Shown one piece after another: positions 46,050-55,543 of a DNA stretch of 64,000 nt (within the stretch, counting starts at the first letter, position 1; each line of letters starts with the position of its first letter). The stretch spans positions 2,943,814 to 3,007,813 of the forward strand of contig CP116227.1 in assembly GCA_038184435.1 (NCBI GenBank), given 5' to 3'. Source of the stretch: Nocardioides alkalitolerans. Lineage in GTDB: Bacteria > Actinomycetota > Actinomycetes > Propionibacteriales > Nocardioidaceae. The notes beneath the pieces are model-generated. The model was not told where the DNA came from. It was given only the letters and a program-made list of their open reading frames with translations, and ran no database searches. The translations under genes and the position numbers were made by a program.

Positions 46050-49000
46050 GAGCCCGAGCGTCGCGGTCGTCTCCGCCGGCGTGTCCGTCGTCGACGGGGG
46101 GAGTCCACCGGGTCCTCGTCGCCCCCGACCGGCGTGCCGGTCGCGGTCGCCGCGTTGTGGACCGTGCCGGCGTCGACGTCGGCCTGGGTGACGACGTAGG
46201 GCTCGTCGACGACGCAGAACACGGTGTCGCCGGCACGCACGGTCGTCGCCTCGCAGGTGATGGTGCCGACCTTCGGGTCGTTCACGACGACGTCGACGAG
46301 CGTGACGTTGCCGGTGTTGGTGACCTCGAAGCCGTACCAGATCTCCTCGCCCAGGTCGGCCACGCCGTCCTGGTCGAGGTCCTCGAGCTCGGCGAGCTTC
46401 ACGATCGCCAGGCCGGGCACGGCCTCGATCGGCGTGGAGGTGGAGTCCGGGTCCGAGCCGACGGGGTCACCGTCGGGGTCCGTCGCCCCCGCGGTCGCGG
46501 TGTTGTCCACCGAGCCCGCGTCCACGTCGTCGCGCGTGATCTCGTACGGCGCGGCCGAGCACGTCACCGACGCCCCTGGCGCCAGCACGCCCGCCGGGCA
46601 GGTCAGCCCGCCCAGCATCGGGTCGCTGATCGCCACGGCGCTCAGCGGCACGTTGCCCGTGTTGGTCACCACGAACGTGTAGGCGATGGTGTCGCCCGCG
46701 TCGGTGGTGCCCGACGAGTTCACGTCGACGGGCGTGCCCGCCTGCTTGTCCAGCGCCAGGCTCGGCGCCGGCGTGTCGACCGGCGTCGTGGTGGAGTCCT
46801 CGTTGGAGGTCACCTCGTCGCCGTCCGGGTCCTCGCCCACGGAGGTGGCCACGTTCACCACGGCACCCGCGACCTCGTCCGCCTCCGTCACCACGTACGG
46901 CGCGTCCGCGGCGCACTCCGTGGCCTCACCCGGCGCCAGGCTCGTGACCTCGCAGGTCACGGCGCCTGCCAGCGGGTCCACGACGCGCACGTCGGAGACC
47001 GGCACGTTGCCGTCGTTGGTGACGGTGAACGTGTAGGCGATCGTGTCGCCCGCGTCGGTGATGCCCGAGCCGTTGACGTCAACCGGCGTGCCCGCGAGCT
47101 TGTCGAGGGTCAGCACCGGGGCCGGCGTCGCGACCGGCGTGTTCGTCGAGTCCGGGTCGCTGGTGACGGGGTCCCCGTCGGGGTCCTCGCCCTCGACCGT
47201 GGCCGTGTTGGTGACGACCGCGGCGGCCTCGTCGGCGTCGGTCACGACGTACGGCGCGTCGGCGGCGCACTCCGTGGTCTCGCCCGGCGCGAGGCTGGTG
47301 GCCTCGCAGGTCACCGCACCGACGAGCGGGTCGGAGACCGTGACGTCGGTGACCGGGACGTTGCCCGTGTTCGTCACCGTGAAGGTGAACGCGATGGTGT
47401 CGCCCGCGTCGGTGATGCCCGAGCCGTTGACGTCGACCGGCGTGCCGGCGCGCTTCTCCAGCGCCAGGGCCGGGGCCGGGCGCTCGACCGGCGTGGTCGT
47501 CGTGTCCTCGTTCGAGACGACGTCCTCGTCGTACGGGTCGCTGCCCACCGCCGTCGCCACGTTCGTGACGGAGCCGGCGAGCTCGTTGGCCTCGGTGACC
47601 ACGTAGGCCTCGTCGGCCGCGCAGTCGGTCGCCTCGCCCGGCGCGAGGCTCGTCGCCTCACAGGTGACGTCGCCGACGAGCGGGTCCTGCACGCGGATCG
47701 CGTCGACCGGCACGTTGCCCGTGTTGGTCACCGTGAACGTGTAGGCGATGGTGTCGCCGGCGTCGGTGATGCCCGAGCCGTTGACGTCGACCGGCGTGCC
47801 CGCGAACTTCTCGAGCGTCAGCCCGGGCTCGGGGAGGTCGGTCGGGGTGGAGGTGGAGTCGGGGTCGGAGCCGACGGGGTCGCCGTCGGGGTCCGTCGCT
47901 CCCGCGGTCGCGGTGTTGTCCACCGAACCGGCCTGGACGTCGTCACGCGTGATCACGTACGGCGCGGCCGAGCAGGTCACGGAGGCGCCCGGCGCCAGCA
48001 CGCCCGCCGGGCAGGTCAGCCCGGTCAGCATCGGGTCGCTGATCGCGACCGCGCGCAGCGGGACGTTGCCGGTGTTCGTGACCACGAAGGAGTAGGCGAT
48101 CGTGTCGCCCGCGTCGGTCAGGCCGGAGCCGTTGACGTCGACCGGGGTGCCTGCCTGCTTGTCCAGCGCCAGGCTCGGCGCCGGCGAGTCGACCGGCGTG
48201 GTGGTGGAGTCCTCGTCCGAGGTGACGGGGTCGCCGGAGGTGTCCTCGCCGGAGGCCGTGGCCACGTTCACCACGGCACCCGCGGTCTCGTCCGCTGCCG
48301 TCACGACGTACGGCGCGTCGGCGACGCACTCCGCGTCCTCGCCGGGCTCCAGGCTCGTCACGTCGCAGGTGACGGCGCCGACGAGCGGGTCCGAGACCGC
48401 CACGTCGGTGACCGGGACGTTGCCGGTGTTCGTCACCGTGAAGGTGTAGGCGATCGTGTCGCCCGCGTCGGTCAGGCCGGAGCCGTTGACGTCGACCGGC
48501 GTGCCGGCCCGCTTCTCGAGCGTGAGCGCCGCGTCGTGGTCGATCGGGGTGCTCGTGCTGTCGTCGTCGGTGACGTCGGGGTCGCCGGGCACGCCGGTGT
48601 TGCCCGAGGCCGTGGCCGTGTTGTCCACGACGCCGGCGGTCACGTCCGCCTGCGTGAGCACGTACGGCGCGGCCGTGCAGGTCACGTCGTCACCGGGCGC
48701 GAGGGCACCGGGCGGGCAGGTGACGGTGCCGACCTTGGGGTCGGAGACCGCGATGGTCGCCAGCGGCACGGGGCCCGTGTTGGTGACGACGAACGTGTAG
48801 GTGATCGTCGAGCCGGCGGTGCTGCCCGTCGGGGTGCCCGCGATCTTGTCGAGCTCGAGCGACGGACGCTTCGCGGTGTTGGTGAAGGTGCACAGGGCCG
48901 CGACGCCGGCGGCACCGCCGTTGGGCATCGTGAAGCTGCCGGTCGTGCCCGTGCCGCTGGCGATCGTGCCGCCCGTGTTCTCGTCGACGCAGGCCCAGGC

Positions 49001-50143
49001 CGCGTCGTACCGGCTCGCGAGGGTGCCGTTGCCGCTCTCGGTCACGGTGTAGGTCGTGCCCGTGAGCCCGAAGACGGGACCGGCGGTCTCGGCGGACGTG
49101 TCCTGCAGGCCGGAGTCGCTGCCCGCGGTCGTCGCCGTGTTGCCGGTGGTGATGCCGCCGCCCGTGACGGTGAGCGTCGCCTGGTCGCCCGCGACGGCGC
49201 GGCCGTCGGGGAAGTCCTTCTGCACGCGGATCGTGTTCGGCGAGGCGCAGGACGCGAGGTCCACGGAGCCCGACTGCGCCAGCGGCGACGACGAGAGGAC
49301 GGCGCCGGTGGAGGGGTTGACCTCGAACAGCTGGTTGCCGCTCGCCAGGTAGAGCAGGCCCGAGCCGGCGAACGCGATGCCGTTGATCGCCTGGTTGGAC
49401 GGCGTCGAGATGTCGGTGATCTGGCGACCCGTGACCGTGACGGCGGGGCCGCTCGTCGGGATCTCCTGGTCGATGACGGAGACGACGTTGGAGCCGTTCG
49501 CGCCACCGACGACGTACATGCGGCCCTGCTGGTCGAAGACCCAGTCGCCGTTGCCGCCGCCGGTCGGGATGGTGCCGCTCGCGACCAGGCCGATGGAGGT
49601 GTTGGTCGTGGTGTCGAAGCCGTAGACCTGGACGGTCGAGCCGCTGAAGCCGCCGTAGTAGTAGAACCCGTTGAGCGGGTTCACCGCGCCGTGCGTCACG
49701 GGGGTGCTGGCCGCGCCGGCGCCGAGGGCCGTCGTGCTGTCGCTGGCGCGGTCGTGGCGGTAGATCGTGCGGCCGCTGCCCTGGGCGGCCGGCAGCACGC
49801 CGAACGCCTGGCTGCCGTCGTCGGAGATGCCGAGGCCGTTGAGGCTGCCGGTGGCACCGATGTCGAAGGTGCCGACGCTGGTCTGGGTGCCGTCCTCCCC
49901 GAGCGCCCAGATGTTGCGGGGCGACGCCCCCTGGATCGAGTAGACGGTGCCGCAGTCGAGCGGCGCAGCCGCGGTCGCGGGCGCGGCGGCCAGCGACAGG
50001 GTCACCCCCGCGAGCCCCGACGCCACAACGACCGTGGCGGCCGCCTGCGCGAACCACCGCCGCGCCCTGCTCGTGCCGGACCGACCGGCTCCCCCTCGTG
50101 TGCCCCCACGCACACGCACGTGCTTGCTCAACGCATTCCCCAC
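46046..50143 (-). CDS. Large secreted adhesin-like protein with DUF11/DUF7507-type repeats (frameshifted before the anchor)
   Basis: Signal peptide ending ATA-A; beta-propeller-like N-domain; eight repeats of about 112 aa of LxLxK..GDTIxYxFxVTNTGNV..DP..C..L.PG....C..YxVT..D...G.V.NxAT; out-of-frame Arg-rich tail. Confidence 0.85.
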   Translation of the reverse strand: MGNALSKHVRVRGGTRGGAGRSGTSRARRWFAQAAATVVVASGLAGVTLSLAAAPATAAAPLDCGTVYSIQGASPRNIWALGEDGTQTSVGTFDIGATGSLNGLGISDDGSQAFGVLPAAQGSGRTIYRHDRASDSTTALGAGAASTPVTHGAVNPLNGFYYYGGFSGSTVQVYGFDTTTNTSIGLVASGTIPTGGGNGDWVFDQQGRMYVVGGANGSNVVSVIDQEIPTSGPAVTVTGRQITDISTPSNQAINGIAFAGSGLLYLASGNQLFEVNPSTGAVLSSSPLAQSGSVDLASCASPNTIRVQKDFPDGRAVAGDQATLTVTGGGITTGNTATTAGSDSGLQDTSAETAGPVFGLTGTTYTVTESGNGTLASRYDAAWACVDENTGGTIASGTGTTGSFTMPNGGAAGVAALCTFTNTAKRPSLELDKIAGTPTGSTAGSTITYTFVVTNTGPVPLATIAVSDPKVGTVTCPPGALAPGDDVTCTAAPYVLTQADVTAGVVDNTATASGNTGVPGDPDVTDDDSTSTPIDHDAALTLEKRAGTPVDVNGSGLTDAGDTIAYTFTVTNTGNVPVTDVAVSDPLVGAVTCDVTSLEPGEDAECVADAPYVVTAADETAGAVVNVATASGEDTSGDPVTSDEDSTTTPVDSPAPSLALDKQAGTPVDVNGSGLTDAGDTIAYSFVVTNTGNVPLRAVAISDPMLTGLTCPAGVLAPGASVTCSAAPYVITRDDVQAGSVDNTATAGATDPDGDPVGSDPDSTSTPTDLPEPGLTLEKFAGTPVDVNGSGITDAGDTIAYTFTVTNTGNVPVDAIRVQDPLVGDVTCEATSLAPGEATDCAADEAYVVTEANELAGSVTNVATAVGSDPYDEDVVSNEDTTTTPVERPAPALALEKRAGTPVDVNGSGITDAGDTIAFTFTVTNTGNVPVTDVTVSDPLVGAVTCEATSLAPGETTECAADAPYVVTDADEAAAVVTNTATVEGEDPDGDPVTSDPDSTNTPVATPAPVLTLDKLAGTPVDVNGSGITDAGDTIAYTFTVTNDGNVPVSDVRVVDPLAGAVTCEVTSLAPGEATECAADAPYVVTEADEVAGAVVNVATSVGEDPDGDEVTSNEDSTTTPVDTPAPSLALDKQAGTPVDVNSSGTTDAGDTIAYTFVVTNTGNVPLSAVAISDPMLGGLTCPAGVLAPGASVTCSAAPYEITRDDVDAGSVDNTATAGATDPDGDPVGSDPDSTSTPIEAVPGLAIVKLAELEDLDQDGVADLGEEIWYGFEVTNTGNVTLVDVVVNDPKVGTITCEATTVRAGDTVFCVVDEPYVVTQADVDAGTVHNAATATGTPVGGDEDPVDSPRRRRTRRRRRPRRSGS

Positions 50144-50385
50144 ATCGTCGTCGGACCTGCGGCCGTTCGACCGCAGGGGGAGGACGGGGTGGAGCGGGGT
50201 TCCTTACGCAGTTCTCAGGAGAATTTCGAGTGGTCTGGATCACAGCAGTTCCACGCCGTGCGATGACCTAAGATCCGCCGCACGGGGGACGCCCTGTCGG
50301 GTCGCACGACGGGGTCACACACAGCGCGGCGTCGACACGACGTCGCGCGCCGTCACGTCCCGTCGACGACACCGCGACCAGGACC

Positions 50386-52011
50386 ATGACCGCTGCAGCG
50401 CACCCACCGGAGCACACCGACCCGACCGACGCCACCCTGCTGACGCGTGCCCGCGCGGGCGACGCGGAGGCGGTCGCCGTGCTCTTCGAGCGCTACCACC
50501 CCGTGGCGCTCGCCCTGGCGACCCGGCACGCCGGCCCCGACCTCGCCCCCGACATCGCCGCGACCGCGTTCGAGCGGATCCTCCGGCTGCTGCGGCAGGG
50601 GAAGGGCCCGACCACCGCGTTCCGCCCCTACCTGGCCGCGACCGTCAACAGCGCCTGGGTCGACCACGTGCGCCGCGACTCCCGCCTCGTGCTCGTCGAG
50701 GACGACGACGACCTGGAGCCGCTCGTCCCCGCGCCGTCGGACGGCGCCGACGACCGCTTCGACCGTGCGACCGTCGCCGCCGCCTTCGCCGACCTGCCGC
50801 CCCGCTGGCAGCACGTGCTGTGGCACACCGCGGTCGAGGGCCTCCCGCACGACGAGGTCGGCGAGGCGCTCGGGCTGACGGGCAACGCCGTCGGCGTGCT
50901 GGCCCACCGCGCCCGGGAAGGGCTGCGCACCGCCTACCTCGACGCCCACCTCGCCGCAGCCGCCGACGCCGGCTGCCGGCGCACGACGCCCCTGCTGGGC
51001 GCCTACGTGCGCGGCGCCATGTCCGTCGGCAAGCGCCAGCGCGTCACCGAGCACCTCGACGGGTGCGCCCGGTGCCGGCACGCCGTCGACGAGCTCGGCC
51101 AGATCTCGGCGAACCTGGGCGCCGCGCTGCTGCCCGTGCTGGGGCTGCTCGCGGCGGGCCGGTTGCCCGGCGCCTCCTCCGGGCTCTCCCCCAGTGCCGG
51201 GTCGGGCGCGGACCCCGGGCCGGCTCGGTCGCGCTCCCGGCGGTTCCCGCGCCGTACGACGCAGGTCGGCGTGGCCGCGGCCGCGGTCGTCGCGGTGGCC
51301 CTGGCGGCGGCTGCGGTCGTGCTCGAGCCGTGGGCCGGGTCGGACGGCGGCCCGGCGATCGCGACGGCGCCGTCCGGTGCGGCTGACGCGGCCGACACGG
51401 GGGCTCCGGTCGATCCGGCCGATCCTGTCGAGCCGGATGCTGCGGTCGACCCGGCTGCTCCAGCGCCTGCCGGGGATCCGACGCCAGGCGCCGCGCAGGC
51501 ACCGGCCGAGCCGGTGACGTCGCCGGAGCCCGGCCCGGGGTCGGACCCCGGCACCCCGGAGGACCCGGCGGGACCCGGCCGGGAACCCTCGACGACCCCC
51601 GCACCGGAGCCCGCACCGGAGCCCGCACCGGAGCCCGCACCGGAGCCGCCCACGGTCGACCCCGCGGACAACCCCCGGTTCGAGCGGTCCCGTCTCGCCG
51701 TGGCCCCGGCCGCGCAGCCCGGGTGGACGCGCGTGACGGTCCCGGTCGTGGCAGCCTCGCCGGGCACGGTGGTCACCATGACCGTCCGTGGCGCGCGGGA
51801 GGTCTGCCTCCTCGGTGGCGGCGAGCCGACGTGCACGACGGGGTCGGTCACGGGCTGGACCGTGCCCGTGACCGGGGTCGCGGAGCCACTGGTCGTCGAG
51901 GTGCGGCACGACGCGCTGGCGTGGATCGGCCTCGCGCTCGAGGCGCTCGACCGGCCCGACGACGTCCCGGCCGACAACCAGGTCGACGCGATCCTGCGCA
52001 CGGTCGGCTGA
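50386..52011 (+). CDS. ECF sigma-70 factor fused to zinc finger, TM, Pro-rich linker and extracellular domain
   Basis: DIAATAFERI..AFRPYLAATV; AHRAREGLRTAY; HLDGCARC; TM VGVAAAAVVAVALAAAAVVL. Confidence 0.85.
   Translation: MTAAAHPPEHTDPTDATLLTRARAGDAEAVAVLFERYHPVALALATRHAGPDLAPDIAATAFERILRLLRQGKGPTTAFRPYLAATVNSAWVDHVRRDSRLVLVEDDDDLEPLVPAPSDGADDRFDRATVAAAFADLPPRWQHVLWHTAVEGLPHDEVGEALGLTGNAVGVLAHRAREGLRTAYLDAHLAAAADAGCRRTTPLLGAYVRGAMSVGKRQRVTEHLDGCARCRHAVDELGQISANLGAALLPVLGLLAAGRLPGASSGLSPSAGSGADPGPARSRSRRFPRRTTQVGVAAAAVVAVALAAAAVVLEPWAGSDGGPAIATAPSGAADAADTGAPVDPADPVEPDAAVDPAAPAPAGDPTPGAAQAPAEPVTSPEPGPGSDPGTPEDPAGPGREPSTTPAPEPAPEPAPEPAPEPPTVDPADNPRFERSRLAVAPAAQPGWTRVTVPVVAASPGTVVTMTVRGAREVCLLGGGEPTCTTGSVTGWTVPVTGVAEPLVVEVRHDALAWIGLALEALDRPDDVPADNQVDAILRTVG
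51598..51645. repeat. 4 x 12-bp in-frame tandem repeat (PAPE)
   Basis: CCCGCACCGGAG x4. Confidence 0.85.
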
Positions 52012-52070
52012 CCCTCGGGGACGGTCGTACGCTCGCAGGATGACCACCGCCGCCCTCCCCCGGAGCTGAC

Positions 52071-52820
52071 GTGCCGACCTGGGCCGCCGCCGGGCTGTGG
52101 GGTCTCGCCGGTGGCGGTGCCCTCGTGGTGGGCGCTCTGGTCGCCTGGTTCGTGCGGGTGCCGCAGCGCGTCGTCGCGGGCGTCATGGCCTTCGGCGCGG
52201 GCGTGCTCATCTCCGCCCTGTCGTTCGAGCTCGTGGACGAGGCCGAGACGAGCGGCGGCCTCCCGGCCACGGCGGTGGGGTTCCTCGTGGGCGCGGTGGC
52301 GTACGTCGCGGCGAACGTCGCGCTCGCCCGCCGCGGCGCGGCGCACCGCAAGCGCTCCGGAGGTCAGCAGGCGTCGGAGTCGGACCAGCCGGGCTCCGGC
52401 ACCGCGATCGCCGTGGGCGCCCTCCTCGACGGCGTGCCCGAGTCCGTCGTCCTCGGGCTCTCGCTGCTCGACGGCGGCACCGTGGGCGTCGCCGTCCTCG
52501 CCGCCATCGTCATCTCCAACGTGCCCGAGGGTCTCTCCAGCGCGGCCGGGATGAAGCGGGCGGGCCGCAGCGCGCGCTACGTCTTCGCCGTCTGGGGCGG
52601 CATCGCGGTCGTCAGCGGCGTCGCGGCGCTCGCCGGCGCACTGCTGCTCCAGGGCGCCCCCACCGAGGCGATCGCGGTCGTCACGGCCCTCGCCGCCGGC
52701 GCCATCCTCGCCATGGTGGCGGACACGATGATCCCGGAGGCGTTCGAGCGCACCCACCTCTACACGGGGCTGATCGCGGCCTCGGGCTTCCTGCTCGCGT
52801 TCGTCGTGAGCCGGGCGTGA
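52071..52820 (+). CDS. ZIP family metal transporter
   Basis: MAFGAGVLISALSFELV, LDGVPES, ISNVPEGLSS, DTMIPEAF. Confidence 0.9.
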   Translation: MPTWAAAGLWGLAGGGALVVGALVAWFVRVPQRVVAGVMAFGAGVLISALSFELVDEAETSGGLPATAVGFLVGAVAYVAANVALARRGAAHRKRSGGQQASESDQPGSGTAIAVGALLDGVPESVVLGLSLLDGGTVGVAVLAAIVISNVPEGLSSAAGMKRAGRSARYVFAVWGGIAVVSGVAALAGALLLQGAPTEAIAVVTALAAGAILAMVADTMIPEAFERTHLYTGLIAASGFLLAFVVSRA

Positions 52821-53644
52821 CTGGCGGGAGCCCGCACCTCTTGGTGGTGGCCACGGCCAACGCGGCCAGCGGGCGGGACCGGCGCGGTCGGATCGACGCC
52901 GCGTCCTGGGAGCGGTGGAGCGACGCCGCCGCCGCGCTCGACGTCGACGTGCTCGCCGTGCAGGAGATCGACCACCGGCTCCCCCGGAGCGGCGAGGTCG
53001 ACCAGACGAGCGCGCTCGCGGACCTGCTGCGCGCCGACGGGCCCGCCTGGTCGGCGCGCTTCGCGGCCGCGGTGCACGGCACGCCGGGCACGCTCGCCGG
53101 CTTCCGCCCCGCCGCCCCGGTGGCGGACGACCGCCCGGAGGAACCGTCGTACGGCGTCGCCCTCCTCAGCCGCCACCCCGTCACCGCGTGGCGAGAGCTG
53201 CGGCTCGGCCCGTCGCGCGTGCGGTTGCCGGTGCCGCTGCCGCCGGGATCAGGGCGACGCGTGCTGTGGGTGCCCGACGAGCCGCGGGTGGCGCTCGCAG
53301 CGGTCGTCGACGCGCCGGGTGGGCCGGTGAGCGTGGCGACGACGCACCTGTCGTTCGCCCCGCTGCGGGCGCGGGCCCAGCTGCGGGACGTGGTGCGCTG
53401 GTGCGCCGACCTCCCGCGCCCGCTCGTGCTGCTCGGCGATCTCAACCTGCCGCCGCGGCTCGTGACGTTCGCCGGCACGCCCGCCGTCCGCGCGCCGACC
53501 CACCCGGCGCACCGGCCACGGGTGCAGCTCGACCACGTGCTGCTGGACGACCCGGCGGGGCGGTATGTCGTGGGTGACGCCGCGACGTACCGCGTGGCCG
53601 ACAGCGACCACCTCGCGGTGCGGGTCGGGCTCGTGCCCGCGTGA
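52817..53644 (+). CDS. Endonuclease/exonuclease/phosphatase family protein
   Basis: ATAN, DVLAVQEID, TTHLSF, LLGDLN, LDHV, SDHLAV. Confidence 0.9.
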   Translation: MTGGSPHLLVVATANAASGRDRRGRIDAASWERWSDAAAALDVDVLAVQEIDHRLPRSGEVDQTSALADLLRADGPAWSARFAAAVHGTPGTLAGFRPAAPVADDRPEEPSYGVALLSRHPVTAWRELRLGPSRVRLPVPLPPGSGRRVLWVPDEPRVALAAVVDAPGGPVSVATTHLSFAPLRARAQLRDVVRWCADLPRPLVLLGDLNLPPRLVTFAGTPAVRAPTHPAHRPRVQLDHVLLDDPAGRYVVGDAATYRVADSDHLAVRVGLVPA

Positions 53645-53699
53645 GCACCAGCCGCCCGACGCCGGTCTGATCGGGGCCGGCGGGGGGAACCACCCGCTC

Positions 53700-53771
53700 G
53701 TGTAACGCGGTGTCCGGGTCACTATGGAAGGGGTAGACCGCGTGCACAGTGACTCGGACACCGCGTTACAC
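53700..53771. repeat. 70-bp REP/REPIN-like hairpin element, copy 1
   Basis: 24-bp arms GTGTAACGCGGTGTCCGGGTCACT / AGTGACTCGGACACCGCGTTACAC (1 mismatch), 24-nt spacer. Confidence 0.85.
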
Positions 53772-53787
53772 GCCACTGACCAGGGCT

Positions 53788-55437
53788 TCAGCCGATCGCC
53801 GCCGCCGCCGCGCGTCCCGCTGTCCGCCCGGAGAACAGGCACCCGCCGAGGAACGTGCCCTCGAGCGCGTTGTAGCCGTGCATGCCGCCACCGCCGAAGC
53901 CGGTGGCCTCGCCCGCGGCGTACAGGCCGGGCACCGGCACCCCGGCCGCGTCGAGCACCCGCCCGTCGAGGTCGGTGTGGAGGCCGCCGAGGGTCTTGCG
54001 GGTGAGGATGTGGAGCCGTACGGCGATGAGCGGGCCCGCCGCGGGATCGAGGAGGCGGTGGGGTGTCGCGACGCGGATGAGCTTGTCGCCGCGGTAGTTC
54101 CGCGCCCCGTGGATGGCGGTGACCTGGGCGTCCTTGCCGAACGGGTTCGCGATCTCCCGATCGCGGGCCTCCACGAGGCGGGTGAGGCGCTCGGCGTCGA
54201 TGAGGGGCTGGCCGGTGAGGCGGTTCATGCCGGCGGCCAGCTCGTAGAGCGTGTCTGCGACGACGAAGTCCTCGCCCTTCTGCTTGAAGGCCTCGACGGG
54301 ACCCGGCGCACCGGACTTCAGCCGGCCGAGGAGCAGCCCGACGTCCTTGCCGGTGAGGTCGGGGTTCTGCTCCGACCCCGAGAGCGCGAACTCCTTCTCG
54401 ATGATCTTCTGCGTGAGCACGAACCACGAGTGGTCGTGGCCCGTGCCCCGGAGGTGCCGCAGCGTGCCGAGGGTGTCGAATCCGGGGAAGTAGGGCGCGG
54501 GCAGGCGGTTGCCCTCGGCGTCGAGCCACAGCGACGAGGGCCCGGGGAGGATCCGGATGCCGTGGTCGGCCCAGATCGGGTCCCAGTTGCGCAGGCCCTC
54601 GACGTAGTGCCACATCCGGTCCGGGTTGATGACCGCCCCGCCGGCGGCCTCGGTGATGCCGATCATCCGGCCGTCGACGTGGGCGGGCACGCCGGCGACC
54701 ATGCGCTCCGGCGGGGTGCCGAGGCGGGCCGGCCAGTTCTTGCGCACCAGCTCGTGGTTGCCGCCGATGCCGCCGGAGGCGACGACCACGGCCTGGGCGG
54801 TCAGCTCGAATTCGCCGACCTCGTCGCGGGAGGACGCCGCGCCCCGTACGACGTCGGACGGCGCCAGCAGGGCGCCGCGCACGCCCGTGACCGTGCCCTC
54901 GCTGGTGACGAGCGCGTCGACGCGGTGGCGGAAGCGGAGCTCGACGCGACCCGCGGCGACGTGCTCCCGCACGCGGCGCTCGAACGGCTCGACCACACCG
55001 GGCCCGGTGCCCCAGGTGAGGTGGAAGCGCGGCACGGAGTTGCCGTGGCCGTCGGCGCGCCCGTCGCCGCGCTCGGCCCACCCGACGACCGGGAAGAAGC
55101 GGTGGCCCATCTGCCGGAGCCAGGAGCGCTTCTCACCGGCGGCGAAGTGCACGTAGGCCTCCGCCCACCTCCGCGGCCAGTGGTCCTCGGGCCGGTCGAA
55201 CTGCGCCGAGCCGAACCAGTCCTGCAGCGCGAGGTCGAGCGAGTCCTTCACGCCCATCCGCCGCTGCTCGGGGCTGTCGACGAGGAACAGGCCACCCAGC
55301 GACCAGAAGGCCTGACCGCCCAGCGACTGCTCCGGCTCCTGGTCGAGCACGAGCACACGCCGTCCCGCGTCCGCCAGCTCCGCTGCGGCGACCAGCCCGG
55401 CCAGTCCACCGCCCACCACGATCGCGTCTGCGTCCAT
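53788..55437 (-). CDS. FAD-binding dehydrogenase (KsdD-like flavoprotein family)
   Basis: MDADAIVVGGGLAGLVAA, LGGQAFWSLGGLF, LTRKTLGGL, GLYAAGE, LEGTFLGGCLFSGR. Confidence 0.88.
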   Translation of the reverse strand: MDADAIVVGGGLAGLVAAAELADAGRRVLVLDQEPEQSLGGQAFWSLGGLFLVDSPEQRRMGVKDSLDLALQDWFGSAQFDRPEDHWPRRWAEAYVHFAAGEKRSWLRQMGHRFFPVVGWAERGDGRADGHGNSVPRFHLTWGTGPGVVEPFERRVREHVAAGRVELRFRHRVDALVTSEGTVTGVRGALLAPSDVVRGAASSRDEVGEFELTAQAVVVASGGIGGNHELVRKNWPARLGTPPERMVAGVPAHVDGRMIGITEAAGGAVINPDRMWHYVEGLRNWDPIWADHGIRILPGPSSLWLDAEGNRLPAPYFPGFDTLGTLRHLRGTGHDHSWFVLTQKIIEKEFALSGSEQNPDLTGKDVGLLLGRLKSGAPGPVEAFKQKGEDFVVADTLYELAAGMNRLTGQPLIDAERLTRLVEARDREIANPFGKDAQVTAIHGARNYRGDKLIRVATPHRLLDPAAGPLIAVRLHILTRKTLGGLHTDLDGRVLDAAGVPVPGLYAAGEATGFGGGGMHGYNALEGTFLGGCLFSGRTAGRAAAAAIG

Positions 55438-55501
55438 GGGCCCCAGGCTCGGAGGACGCGGGGACCGGACGCAAGAGCGTCCATCCTTTCTGAGCACTAG
55501 G

Positions 55502-55520
55502 GTTGTCACCGCCTGACAAC
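55502..55520. promoter_or_regulatory. Candidate PucR-family operator
   Basis: GTTGTCA-N5-TGACAAC perfect arms between the divergent dehydrogenase and PucR genes. Confidence 0.55.
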
Positions 55521-55543
55521 GGGAGCGAGGAGCCTGCGTGACG

